From the NCBI GenBank assembly GCA_934621605.1, contig CAKTUZ010000005.1, forward strand, positions 10,862 through 74,861: a stretch of DNA of 64,000 bases. Reading direction: 5' to 3'. The DNA comes from an uncultured bacterium. Its GTDB lineage: Bacteria; Vulcanimicrobiota; Xenobia; Xenobiales; Xenobiaceae. Positions 35,167 through 44,625 of the stretch are shown piece after piece; positions within the stretch are counted from its first letter, which is position 1, and every line of letters starts with the position of its first letter. The notes under the pieces were generated by a model that saw only the letters and a list, made by a program, of their open reading frames with translations, ran no database searches and was not told the origin of the DNA. The position numbers and the translations under genes are program-made.

Positions 35167-36456
35167 ATGGGTACGTTTTATAAGACAGCTCTCAGCCTGG
35201 CTGCTGTAGCCGGCATTGGTTTATCTCTTTGCGCTCCTAGCTTGGCCGAGCCTTGCATTTCGGCTGAAGGGCGCCTTGTGGCCGCTTCTTACGGCGTAAA
35301 AAAATATGACCGCGCTTCCAAAGCTAAAAAAGCACCGACTTCGGCCAAGAAAAATGTGGCTCAAGATCAGTCTGTGCAAGCTCTGAACGAAATGCGTTTA
35401 GTTTCGCGTTGGTTTGCCTCCGCCTATGATATTCCGGCTCGCGTGCCCGAAGAAATGTTTTTGGCTGGCTACACCTATAGCGACGCTATTGTGGCTCTTT
35501 CGCTTATGGATGCCGGAGCTTCATTAAATGAAGTATTGGAAAAAAGACGCAACCATCGTTGGAATGAGGTAGCTGCTTTGGTCGGTATTGAGCCTTCTTC
35601 GTTGCCTAAGCCGGTTCTTAAAGTAATGAATACCCAAAATGGCAACAAAGCTTTGGAATATGTGCATTTTACCCCCGATGTGCGCTCCGGTTTGGCCAGT
35701 CGTCTTCGTTTGCCTTCTTTTTCTCCTACTGTGCCTGATCCGGTAGCTGTCGAACGTTTTCGTTTATCCAAGAAAGATATAGCCAATATCAGGAAAGCTT
35801 TGGAAAATGTCAATGATTTGGATGAGGCTACTTTGCGTTTACCGGCTGGTCGTTCTTTAAAAGTTGGCGATTGGGTAATAGCTGGAGTCCTTTCCAAATA
35901 TAAGCCGTTCCCTATAGACACTATTCTCTCGGTTCGCACTGGCGAAGTGGTAGAGTGGGGCGATGTGGCTGCTATGTTTAGCGTCGATCCGAGTATTTTT
36001 GTGGAAGGCCCCTTGGCTCCCATTTACGGCGCCTTGGTTGAAGGCGAAAATTATGCCACTTTATCCAGTTTGCGCCGCTCTTCTTATCCCGATACGCTCA
36101 ATAATATTTATGCTTTAAATAATGTAGAGGGCGCCGAGTTACAAGCTTTAGGCTGGCTTATGAGCCTCTACTACAAAGAAACTGAAGAAGAAAGAGCTTT
36201 ACTCAATTCTTATGGCCTTTCTTTTGCCGATCAAGCTTTGGCTTTGGCTGTGGCCCGTATGGCCTTTGTTGACGTTAGTGAAATAGCTAATCGCATTCGC
36301 CACGGAGCCAATTGGCAATACTTAATCGATTACTACAAACTGGATATGACTGGTCAAGATGTAGTTATGGCTGCTGCCATCAGCCGTGACCAAGCTCGCT
36401 TCCCCGAAACACCTTCACCAGATTCTAAGTCTGTACGCAGCAAGCGTTTTAATTAG
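35167..36456 (+). CDS. Secreted hypothetical protein
   Basis: Signal peptide MGTFYKTALSLAAVAGIGLSLCAPSLA. No motif recognised. Confidence 0.45.
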   Translation: MGTFYKTALSLAAVAGIGLSLCAPSLAEPCISAEGRLVAASYGVKKYDRASKAKKAPTSAKKNVAQDQSVQALNEMRLVSRWFASAYDIPARVPEEMFLAGYTYSDAIVALSLMDAGASLNEVLEKRRNHRWNEVAALVGIEPSSLPKPVLKVMNTQNGNKALEYVHFTPDVRSGLASRLRLPSFSPTVPDPVAVERFRLSKKDIANIRKALENVNDLDEATLRLPAGRSLKVGDWVIAGVLSKYKPFPIDTILSVRTGEVVEWGDVAAMFSVDPSIFVEGPLAPIYGALVEGENYATLSSLRRSSYPDTLNNIYALNNVEGAELQALGWLMSLYYKETEEERALLNSYGLSFADQALALAVARMAFVDVSEIANRIRHGANWQYLIDYYKLDMTGQDVVMAAAISRDQARFPETPSPDSKSVRSKRFN

Positions 36457-36464
36457 GCGATCAA

Positions 36465-36881
36465 GTGAACTTATTGGTATGCCGAAAAAAATATGAGCGG
36501 GGAGGCAAGTGTGGCTTTTCGCTCTTGGAAGTGCTCATATCTTTAGGTTTGGTCTCTATGGTCTTTGGCAGTTTAATTGGCGGCTTTTGTCAACACGTGC
36601 AACGTGTCGCCCGCTTGGGGCCATTTTATCGCAACTTAATTGTCGCTTCGGTGGGCCTGGAAAAAAGCATGGCCAAAAGAAATGACGGCGAGACCGATTC
36701 CCTAAACGATATTGAGTATAAAGTCACTGTCGGGGCCATGCCTTCCGATCCTCGTATCGACAGAATAGAAAGTAAAGTCAGCAGCAATCGCCCCGGATAT
36801 AGTGCTGTAGTAAAAGCCTATCGTTTGCGCCAAGTCAGTTCCTCTTCCTCATCTTCCTCAAGCAATTCTTCCGGCACTTAG
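36465..36881 (+). CDS. Minor pseudopilin (GspI-like) with C-terminal poly-Ser tail
   Basis: Prepilin cleavage/methylation motif KCG|FSLLEVLISLGLVSMVF. The C-terminus is SSSSSSSSSNSSGT. Confidence 0.65.
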   Translation: MNLLVCRKKYERGGKCGFSLLEVLISLGLVSMVFGSLIGGFCQHVQRVARLGPFYRNLIVASVGLEKSMAKRNDGETDSLNDIEYKVTVGAMPSDPRIDRIESKVSSNRPGYSAVVKAYRLRQVSSSSSSSSSNSSGT

Positions 36882-36894
36882 TTAGAAGTTTTTT

Positions 36895-37701
36895 TTGTTC
36901 ATGTTTAAAGGCAGCTTCAGCGGTAAAAATATAACTTCGCTTTCCGGACGCTCCGGTGGTTTCACTTTACTTGAACTTATGCTGGTCATGGGACTAGCCA
37001 CTTTAGTTTATTCTCTGATTTCTTACATGACAATTCAGATGAATAATACGGTGCGCCATTCGCAAGTAGCCTTCAAACGCCAAGAATTAACTATCGAAAC
37101 TGCCGAGCGTTTGCGCTGGCAATTGCGTTGCCTTTACGACCGTGTGCCTGAAAGTGCTTCTTCCGAAGCTCCAGCCAGCCATACCAATCCTCCTACCTTG
37201 CTAAAATCGGCCATATATGGGAAGAGTTTGGGGGAAAAAGGCAAAGACGTGCTCCTTTTCAAAACTACCTATTTCCCTTTGCGAGTTAAAAATAGCGGTA
37301 CTGCTGAAGTCGGTTATAAAATTATGACCGATAGCTCTAGTAGCTTTTCTCTTACCGAGCCGGTAAAAACAGATGACGATAAGCTGCGCTCTCTGGAAGC
37401 GGCCGATTTTATTGGCTCTAGCCAAGCTGCTGAAAGTAAAAACTATTTAGCTTACAGACAGTACCCTTGGGCCGATCCTTTGGGGTTACACGATGTCGGC
37501 GACGATAGCCAGGTGCCTTGGGAAAAAATAAGCTCGGAAATTATCGGTATGGAAGTGCGTTTTTCCGACGATCTGGAAATTTGGCAGCAAGATTGGACCG
37601 GCGAGGGAGTGCCTAAGTGGGTGGAAGTTACTTTTGAATTTAAACGCGGGGAACCCTTAGTTTTTATGACCGGCCCTGTAGTAGCGGCTGATCGCTGGTA
37701 G
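36895..37701 (+). CDS. Minor pseudopilin (GspJ-like)
   Basis: GG|FTLLELMLVMGLATLVY prepilin motif, 268 aa. The start may be the ATG at 36901. Confidence 0.6.
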   Translation: MFMFKGSFSGKNITSLSGRSGGFTLLELMLVMGLATLVYSLISYMTIQMNNTVRHSQVAFKRQELTIETAERLRWQLRCLYDRVPESASSEAPASHTNPPTLLKSAIYGKSLGEKGKDVLLFKTTYFPLRVKNSGTAEVGYKIMTDSSSSFSLTEPVKTDDDKLRSLEAADFIGSSQAAESKNYLAYRQYPWADPLGLHDVGDDSQVPWEKISSEIIGMEVRFSDDLEIWQQDWTGEGVPKWVEVTFEFKRGEPLVFMTGPVVAADRW

Positions 37702-37713
37702 GGGGAAATAATT

Positions 37714-38853
37714 ATGGTTTTAATGGCTGTTTTGGGAGCTATTTTGGTTGCTTTGGTTATTGCGGCCAAAATGAGCGAAGTAGGCGTCGACGCCCAAAAT
37801 TTAATAAATTACACTTCGGCTCGAGAAAACAATTATCAAATAGCGCGTTCGGCTGCCGAAATGGGCTTTGAACTTCTTAAGGCCGATAATGGCGACACTG
37901 ACAGCTTAAATGATATGTGGGCTGCCGGTTCTGTCACTATGGAATGGGAAGGCAAAAATGTAATTATTAGCATAGTTGACGAAGAGAGCAAGTTCCCTTT
38001 GAGCGCTATGCAAAAAGCTCCCGATAACTGCGAATATTTGGAAAAAGGCTTAGTTCGCCTTTTCGAAAACGGCGGTTTGGGCTGCGGTGAAGAAGCCAAA
38101 GATCGCTTTCTCGATTGGGTCGATCCCGATTCACAAAGGCGTAACCAAGGCGGCGAAGTTAGCGACTATGATGAATTGACTATTAAAGATGCGCCTGTTG
38201 ATTCGCTGCAAGAAATTTTGGGATTGCCCGGTTGGGAAAAAGGTCCTTCTTACATTTCTTCTCGCGCCCAGAATAGCTTGCAAAGCGTTATGGGCTCAGT
38301 CTCTGCTAGCAGCTCCACCACTTTAAGCCAGACAGCCGCTCAATCTTCAACCGAAAGCCAAAATACTACTACGAACAATACTTCTGCCAACAATGGCCAA
38401 TTTAGTAAGTTCGGATCTGGCAATTCAAGCCAAACTGCTGCCAATTCGGAAGACGATGGCTACAAATTGGATGTACCTTCGGCTCAAACTCAAGGCGGTA
38501 CGACTACCACTCCTTGGGAAGAGTGGGTCAGCGTCGATTCTAACGGAAAAATAAATATTAATACTGCTCCCAAAGAAGTACTATTAGCTTTAGACGAGAG
38601 CATGAGTCAAGTTTTGGTTAATGAAATTGATTCTAAGCGCCGCTCTGAAGCTTTTAAAAAGGTGGACGACTTGCATAATGTCACTGGTATGGACGCCGAT
38701 TTGCTCTTTCGTATTCAGGATTATTTATGTGTGAAGAGCTATACTTTTAGTGTGGATGTAACGGTACTTTCTACTCCGGGGCGCATTAAATTACACAGTG
38801 TAGTCAGCCGCGAGAGCGGCGCTATAAAAATTTTGCGCTGGGAAGTCCGGTGA
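37714..38853 (+). CDS. GspK-like type II secretion protein
   Basis: N-terminal TM MVLMAVLGAILVALVIAA. C-terminal helix-hairpin-helix pattern KININTAPKEVLLAL...DDLHNVTGMD. GGGGGA RBS. Confidence 0.55.
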   Translation: MVLMAVLGAILVALVIAAKMSEVGVDAQNLINYTSARENNYQIARSAAEMGFELLKADNGDTDSLNDMWAAGSVTMEWEGKNVIISIVDEESKFPLSAMQKAPDNCEYLEKGLVRLFENGGLGCGEEAKDRFLDWVDPDSQRRNQGGEVSDYDELTIKDAPVDSLQEILGLPGWEKGPSYISSRAQNSLQSVMGSVSASSSTTLSQTAAQSSTESQNTTTNNTSANNGQFSKFGSGNSSQTAANSEDDGYKLDVPSAQTQGGTTTTPWEEWVSVDSNGKININTAPKEVLLALDESMSQVLVNEIDSKRRSEAFKKVDDLHNVTGMDADLLFRIQDYLCVKSYTFSVDVTVLSTPGRIKLHSVVSRESGAIKILRWEVR

Positions 38854-39142
38854 AGGAGACTTCTTTGTGTTGTATTGAGTTAAATTTGATTTAAATTCAG
38901 GCAGGAACGCAAAAACGGTGAGGAGAACTTGTGCAGGAGTAGGGTAAAGCCTGTGCGTCATATCATTTGATTTTTTTATGACCAACTTCAGGTTTCTTTT
39001 CGTGGTTATAGAAAAAAAATAACTATGTGGAGGAACTTGCTATCTTATATGGAAAAACCGCCGGAAAGAAGGTTGGTGCTCTCGCAAGGCATCTCCTTGA
39101 AGTAATTCCTACAAACTTTCACAGGTTTTTCTCGAAAGGGAT

Positions 39143-40726
39143 TTGTTACAAAACATGACTAACAAGAACACGTTTCGTTTTGCTACTTTCGCTGCTGTAG
39201 CCAGCTTAGGTTTGGGCTTGATGATCTCCGGCTGTGGTGACAGCGGTTCCACTACCCCCAACCCTTTAAATGCCAAATATGGCCAAGTTACTTTTAACTA
39301 CAACGTATTAGCCGCTAAGGTCGCTACCCCCGTTGCCAAAGAAATCGTTACTGTAAAGTATGCTTTCTTCGGTTTGAAGACCGGTGGCGCTCGCTTTATC
39401 GATGGTCCTAGCGCTGCCTATACTCGCGATTTCGTCCATGGCGATAAGGATCAGGAAAAAACTGTTACGATTGATAATGTCGATCTCGATGCCCGCGGCG
39501 TAATCGCTACTTACTATGACAAAGCCGGTAATATTGTGGCTATGGGAGAAGATACCATCGCTTTCACCGATCGTAAGTGCGCTATCGAAGAGCCCGACTT
39601 AGCTACTATTGATGCTACTACTATCAAGATGGATGCTAGTACGCATGTGCTTTCTCCCAAGGGTGAGACCGAAATCAGCATTATTGCTGATGGTAAGACT
39701 GCTGCCGGTGGCGTTAAGACTTATAAGCTTACTCCTTTCGTGACCATTGAAGGTCTCGATAAATATACCGATGTTTTGGCTTTCAATTATGCCAGCTATC
39801 AGGGCTTAACTTACGAAGGTGTGGGCTATGACGGCGCCAATAAGGGTATCGTTCCCGGCAAGACCATTAAAGCTACCATCAATGGCGCCGACTACTATGT
39901 AGACGAGGCTATTTATGTTACCGATCAGCATCCTGTCGACATCCAAGTTGTCGTTGATGATATTGACGGTGTGGCTCCCTTCGTTGGTGCCACAAAGGTA
40001 CCCCTTATCTTCGCCGATAAGGAAAGCTTGGTTGCCGGTAAGAATATTATCAATATGACTGAAGCCGGTACTACTACCGTTGAGCATGTAGCTGTCAACA
40101 AGTTGCCTTTCAAAGTTCATGCTGCTGCTTATAGCAAAGATCCTGGTAAGGGTGAGACGCCTGTACTTCCTACTGGCTCTACTGCTTTTGATATTTCCGA
40201 TTTAACCGGTCTTAAACTCGTCTCTTCTTTACCCGACACAGTCGAAGTTGCCGGTTTGGGCGTCACCGCTAAGAAAGCCGGTTCCACCGCTATTTCCGCT
40301 GAGCTTAAGATTGACGAGACCACTACTATTAAGAGCGACAGCAGCAAGGATATTAATGTCGAAGTCTTGTCTACCACTGAGAACCTCACTTTCGCTAATA
40401 TTGAAGCTGGCCCGAAATTCATGGAAGACATTACTGTAGATACCACCAAACCTCAGAACTTCACTATGGCTATCTATGGTAAAGTTGGCATGACCTTTGA
40501 TGCTAAGGACTATGTCGCCGCTCCTATCGAGTACACCGCCGAAACTTATCCCGATGTCGAGGCCCTCGATGCCAGTTTAACTGGTAGTACTTATGAAAAG
40601 ACCGTTGACAAGAATGAGTATAAACTTCATGTTGATACTACCGCTCCCGCAGCTGCTGTTCCCGTAACTGTTAAAGATGCGGCCAGTCTCAAGCCCGCCT
40701 TCGCCTCCATCCAGATTAAACCCTAA
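39143..40726 (+). CDS. Paralogous surface lipoprotein family member P1
   Basis: Lipobox LMISG|C followed by GDSGSTTPNPL. Homologous to P2 along its length (VTFNYNVLA, IVTVKYAFFG, ATYYDKAGNIVAMG, IYVTDQ). TTG start after GAAAGGG. dnaK-like codon bias. Confidence 0.75.
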   Translation: MLQNMTNKNTFRFATFAAVASLGLGLMISGCGDSGSTTPNPLNAKYGQVTFNYNVLAAKVATPVAKEIVTVKYAFFGLKTGGARFIDGPSAAYTRDFVHGDKDQEKTVTIDNVDLDARGVIATYYDKAGNIVAMGEDTIAFTDRKCAIEEPDLATIDATTIKMDASTHVLSPKGETEISIIADGKTAAGGVKTYKLTPFVTIEGLDKYTDVLAFNYASYQGLTYEGVGYDGANKGIVPGKTIKATINGADYYVDEAIYVTDQHPVDIQVVVDDIDGVAPFVGATKVPLIFADKESLVAGKNIINMTEAGTTTVEHVAVNKLPFKVHAAAYSKDPGKGETPVLPTGSTAFDISDLTGLKLVSSLPDTVEVAGLGVTAKKAGSTAISAELKIDETTTIKSDSSKDINVEVLSTTENLTFANIEAGPKFMEDITVDTTKPQNFTMAIYGKVGMTFDAKDYVAAPIEYTAETYPDVEALDASLTGSTYEKTVDKNEYKLHVDTTAPAAAVPVTVKDAASLKPAFASIQIKP

Positions 40727-40798
40727 GATTGATGGCGTAGGATTATGCTTCATCTAGGCTGAGTTATATAACATTACGCCTGGTTGAAGTTAGGTAGC

Positions 40799-40840
40799 AG
40801 CCCCCAACTTGTTGTCAAGTTGGGGGCTGTCTTCTTTAAT
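40799..40840 (+). terminator. Intrinsic terminator after P1
   Basis: Perfect 13-bp stem AGCCCCCAACTTG-TTGT-CAAGTTGGGGGCT followed by a T-rich tract. Confidence 0.85.
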
Positions 40841-40878
40841 ATATATATTGGCTTTTTTTGCTCCAAATGAAAGGAACT

Positions 40879-42564
40879 ATGTTAAATAATATGAGCCATA
40901 AAAATACTTTTCGTTTTGCTGTCTGCGCCGCTGTAGTCAGTGTGGCTTTGGGCTTATTCCTTTCCGCTTGCGGTGACAGCGGCTCTACCACACCTAATCC
41001 TTTGCAACCGGAAGGAAAATCTTATCAAGTTGTCTTTAATTACAATGTGTTAGCCCAAGCTGCAGCTAAAGCTACCGATATAAAAGCTGATATTGTTACG
41101 GTAAAATACGCTTTTTATGGCAAAATTGATGGCGCCGACTTTGTAGAAGGCCCTGAAACCGATCCTTCTTATATTCATAGCTTTAGTCATGGAGCCGAAG
41201 CTGCTGAAGATGTAGTTACTGTCAATAAAGTTGATCCGAGAGCTACTTCGGTGGTAGCTGCTTATTACGACGCTAAGGGCAACTTGATAGCCGTCGGTCA
41301 AAATGATATTTCTTTTAATGAAGATCGTATCGCTACTGTGGCTGAGCCCGAATTAGACGAAGTAGCTGACGACAGCATAACTTTTACCGCTAGCAAATAC
41401 GTTATACCTTTACAAGACACCGTCGTAATGTCTCTTAAAGCTATAGCTGCCAACAAAGAGTACGATTTGAGCGCTTTTGCTGAAATTAGCGGCTTAGATG
41501 AAAATATACTCGCTTTGCAAGAAGGCAACTTAGAAGGCTTCACCTATAAGGGTGTCAAGTATGGCACTATTGAAGGTGGCACCATTAGCGCTACTGTTGG
41601 TAATACTAAGTGCTTAGTAGGCAATTCTATTTATGTTACCGATCAAACTCCTGCTGCTATTAGCTTAAAGCCTGCTTCAGTTGAAGGCCATGATATTTTT
41701 GCCGGTAGTGATGTCAATGGCCAAAAGTATTATATGCAATACGTTGACGAGAAGTGTTTACTTAGCCATTTCCCCTACATAAAGTATCACGCTAATTCTT
41801 CTAAGAAACAATACGATCCCATATATTACTATATAAACGAGCAGCCTTTTATCGTTTATGCCACCGCTTATACTTCCGAAGATCCTACCAAAGGGCCTAC
41901 TCCCACTATTAAAGATGGACAAATTGGTATCAATATTACCGATGATCCTAACGTTAAGCTTTTAGATATCGAATTTTCCGATCCTGAGTTTATGAAGCAT
42001 CTTGGCTACAAAATTCAGGCTAGTATAGTCGATAGAACTAAAGTTCATGCCAATAGCGTAAACTCTTATAATTATGGCGACGATTACAAAATAACTGCCC
42101 AATATGGCCAAGGCGACCAAGCTATAAAGAGCGATCCCATAAGGTTAATTATAGAAGCCGAAGGCGTAAGGAATGAAGTTATTCAGTTTGCCTCCGTAGA
42201 GGAAGGTCAAGAACCTACTTTCTTTGTTCCTTATAACATTGAAGCTAAGAAAACTAAGATCGACTTTAAGTTGAAACTTATGGGCCTTTCTAGTGTGCTT
42301 GTTACCTTTGATGGAGAAGAACCGGTATCTTTCTATACCGATCCTTTGGAAATTCCCGCTGATGTAATTGCTGCTGATAAATATCCTGATGTTGTTAAGC
42401 AAACTGAGTTTTCCAACTTAATTTATAAGCAGGATGAACCTGGACTCAATGCTTACACCTTAAAAGCTGAAGGCGAGCTGGAAGCCAATAAAATAGTTAA
42501 GCTTTTTATTGAAGACGTGGAAGGCGCTCCGCAGTATTCTTTCATATCTATTACCACTTATTAG
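40879..42564 (+). CDS. Paralogous surface lipoprotein family member P2
   Basis: MLNNMSHKNTFRFAV...FLSA|CGDSGSTTPNPL. ATG at 40879 was chosen because its RBS/start region aligns base-for-base with the P1 start. Visibly more AT-rich than P1. Confidence 0.75.
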   Translation: MLNNMSHKNTFRFAVCAAVVSVALGLFLSACGDSGSTTPNPLQPEGKSYQVVFNYNVLAQAAAKATDIKADIVTVKYAFYGKIDGADFVEGPETDPSYIHSFSHGAEAAEDVVTVNKVDPRATSVVAAYYDAKGNLIAVGQNDISFNEDRIATVAEPELDEVADDSITFTASKYVIPLQDTVVMSLKAIAANKEYDLSAFAEISGLDENILALQEGNLEGFTYKGVKYGTIEGGTISATVGNTKCLVGNSIYVTDQTPAAISLKPASVEGHDIFAGSDVNGQKYYMQYVDEKCLLSHFPYIKYHANSSKKQYDPIYYYINEQPFIVYATAYTSEDPTKGPTPTIKDGQIGINITDDPNVKLLDIEFSDPEFMKHLGYKIQASIVDRTKVHANSVNSYNYGDDYKITAQYGQGDQAIKSDPIRLIIEAEGVRNEVIQFASVEEGQEPTFFVPYNIEAKKTKIDFKLKLMGLSSVLVTFDGEEPVSFYTDPLEIPADVIAADKYPDVVKQTEFSNLIYKQDEPGLNAYTLKAEGELEANKIVKLFIEDVEGAPQYSFISITTY

Positions 42565-42590
42565 AGTGATAGTTTTGTAAACTAACTATA

Positions 42591-42630
42591 AGCGGTTGTA
42601 CTTTTTGACAAGTGCAGCCGCTTTTTTTTG
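42591..42630 (+). terminator. Intrinsic terminator after P2
   Basis: 11-bp stem (AGCGGTTGTAC / GTGCAGCCGCT, with two G-U pairs) followed by T8. Confidence 0.75.
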
Positions 42631-42845
42631 TTGGCAGGCTTGGCAGGAGGGAGGGCGCCTTGTTTGAAAATAGACAAGTTATCTTTATTTTTGCCTGCGC
42701 TGGGCTGGCTCTTTTTTCGTGCCAAGTCGGCGGCGCTTGTCTCTTGTAAGCAATTCTCCAGCTGCAAAGCGGAGAAATGATTTGAGAAATTTTCGCGTTT
42801 TTGGGCGCGGTTCAACTCTTTTTATATCTGAGAGGAACAGAAAAT

Positions 42846-44450
42846 ATGGCTAAGTCCGCCTGTAAGAATCTATATGGCTTTACTGCTTTTGCGGCTGTTG
42901 CCGGTTTGGCTTTATGTTTAACTGCCACCGGGTGCAGCGACGATACTTCTAATCCCAATCCTTTTGAGGCCAATCGCGGTACTGTCACCTACAATTATAC
43001 TAAAGCCGTAGCCAAAGCAGCCGAGCTCCCCGCCAGCGCTGTCAAAGCTACCTATACTTTTAGTGCCGGTGATGCTTTGCTCTATGCTGTCGATGCTTCT
43101 ATCGATAAAATTACAGATGAGGAAGCTACTGTCGGTGAAGCGGTGTCCCGTACAGTTGTTATAGAGCAAGTGCCTGCCGATGCCGACAAGGTTTCTGTTA
43201 TGTATTTCGACGCTAATGGCACCCCTGTAGGCTTAGGCGTAGACAGGCTCGATTGGACTTCTACTACCACAGGTAAAGCTGCTGTTGTAGATCAGCCCGA
43301 CTTGGTAGATAGCACCACTATTGCTGCCCAAATTGTCTCTAAACAAATCGTTCCCCAGTTAGTCACTTCCGCTCCTTGTGTAGATAAGGGCAATTATGTT
43401 TGGGTTAAACCTGTTTTGGCTTATAATAACAGTTTGGGGCAGTCGGTCACTTTCGATCTCAGCAGTTTTGCTACTTATTCTTTGAATAAGAAATATGACG
43501 GTCAGCCTACTTATTTAAAAGAGGCCAAGTATGCTTATTATGCTGGTAACAAAGCTGCATCTTTGGTGGAAACTACTGAAGGTGAAACTACCAGTGAAGG
43601 AACTGAAGCTACTGCTAAATCGGCCGCTTCCGATGCTACTCCCGGTTATTACGAAGCTGTCGAGTACGGTCAGCAAGAAGTGACCGTCTCTTTAACTGGT
43701 TTGGAAGTGTTGGGTGAGCTCGATCCTGTCACTGTCTATATTAGTGATGCCAAGCTTTCCGGCGTAACTATAGATGGTGAAGATGATGTATATGTTGTAG
43801 TTCCGGATTATGACTTTGGTCAAAAATCCGCAATTGTTTCTGGCCTTAGCCTTGGGGAAATTCCTTTTAATACAGTTTCTTTCAAAGCTGTAGGTAACTA
43901 TGTGGGTACTAACGGCCCTAGCTTCACTACCGACGCTAGCCAGTTTGTCAGCTGGAGCGTGGATGATAGTCAAGACGTCGTTGCTGCCAAAGATGCTTTA
44001 GGTCACTATGTAGTTACCTCTAAAGTTGCTTCTTTGAAAGATATTGCCGTAATTGCTCAGGCTAACGGTACTTCCGACAAAGTAACTTTACACTCTCTGC
44101 CCGCTGCTGCTGATATTAAGGTTAATATCGCCAAAGAAATCGTTTTTGGTACGGTCGCGGATGGTACGGTTGATGGTTACTTTGCTGTTCAAACCTCCGG
44201 TGGCAAAGTCGATACTTCTTCTTTCAACGTTCCCGATTATAAGAAAGTTAAAATTAGGAACATTGAATCCGATCGAGCCGACAGTAAACCTAAAGTGGCC
44301 GTAAATGAGAACAATAACGGTTTTTATCTTAGCCTTGATCAAGAAGAGGTCGGAAACAGCGTTTCCTTCGATATCGTTTACAAAGACGGTAAGAAGATAA
44401 ATAAAACTGTTTCTAATACGGTAAAAGTAATAGAAGATGTAGAACCGTAA
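42846..44450 (+). CDS. Paralogous surface lipoprotein family member P3
   Basis: MAKSACKNLYGFTAFAAVAGLALCLTATG|CSDDTSNPNPF. Shares TVTYNY, VKATYTF, VSVMYFDANGTPVGLG and VYISD with P1 and P2. Confidence 0.7.
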   Translation: MAKSACKNLYGFTAFAAVAGLALCLTATGCSDDTSNPNPFEANRGTVTYNYTKAVAKAAELPASAVKATYTFSAGDALLYAVDASIDKITDEEATVGEAVSRTVVIEQVPADADKVSVMYFDANGTPVGLGVDRLDWTSTTTGKAAVVDQPDLVDSTTIAAQIVSKQIVPQLVTSAPCVDKGNYVWVKPVLAYNNSLGQSVTFDLSSFATYSLNKKYDGQPTYLKEAKYAYYAGNKAASLVETTEGETTSEGTEATAKSAASDATPGYYEAVEYGQQEVTVSLTGLEVLGELDPVTVYISDAKLSGVTIDGEDDVYVVVPDYDFGQKSAIVSGLSLGEIPFNTVSFKAVGNYVGTNGPSFTTDASQFVSWSVDDSQDVVAAKDALGHYVVTSKVASLKDIAVIAQANGTSDKVTLHSLPAAADIKVNIAKEIVFGTVADGTVDGYFAVQTSGGKVDTSSFNVPDYKKVKIRNIESDRADSKPKVAVNENNNGFYLSLDQEEVGNSVSFDIVYKDGKKINKTVSNTVKVIEDVEP

Positions 44451-44625
44451 CAATATTGTGATATTGAAGATTAATGCTTTTTTAGCGTAAAAGGTGGCTG
44501 TCTCAGCTCTCTGGGGCTGCCCCTTTTTTTTAGATAAATCTTACTTTTAGGGCAGGCGGAAAATTTTCAGCCTCGACAAAAGTATTTGGGGTTTTAGTAT
44601 CAATTTTTATTTGAAAGGAATATCT

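Noticed and set aside
35475-36023. 182-aa reverse-strand ORF inside the 35167..36456 gene.
   Set aside because: It is antisense to a longer ORF that has a signal peptide. It has no RBS and a Ser/Thr/Arg-rich shadow composition.
38978-39022. 14-aa mini-ORF MTNFRFLFVVIEKK upstream of P1, whose first residues echo the MTNKNTFRF start of P1. Considered as a possible remnant or leader peptide.
   Set aside because: It is too short and has no RBS. The resemblance is limited to a few residues and is not distinguishable from chance.
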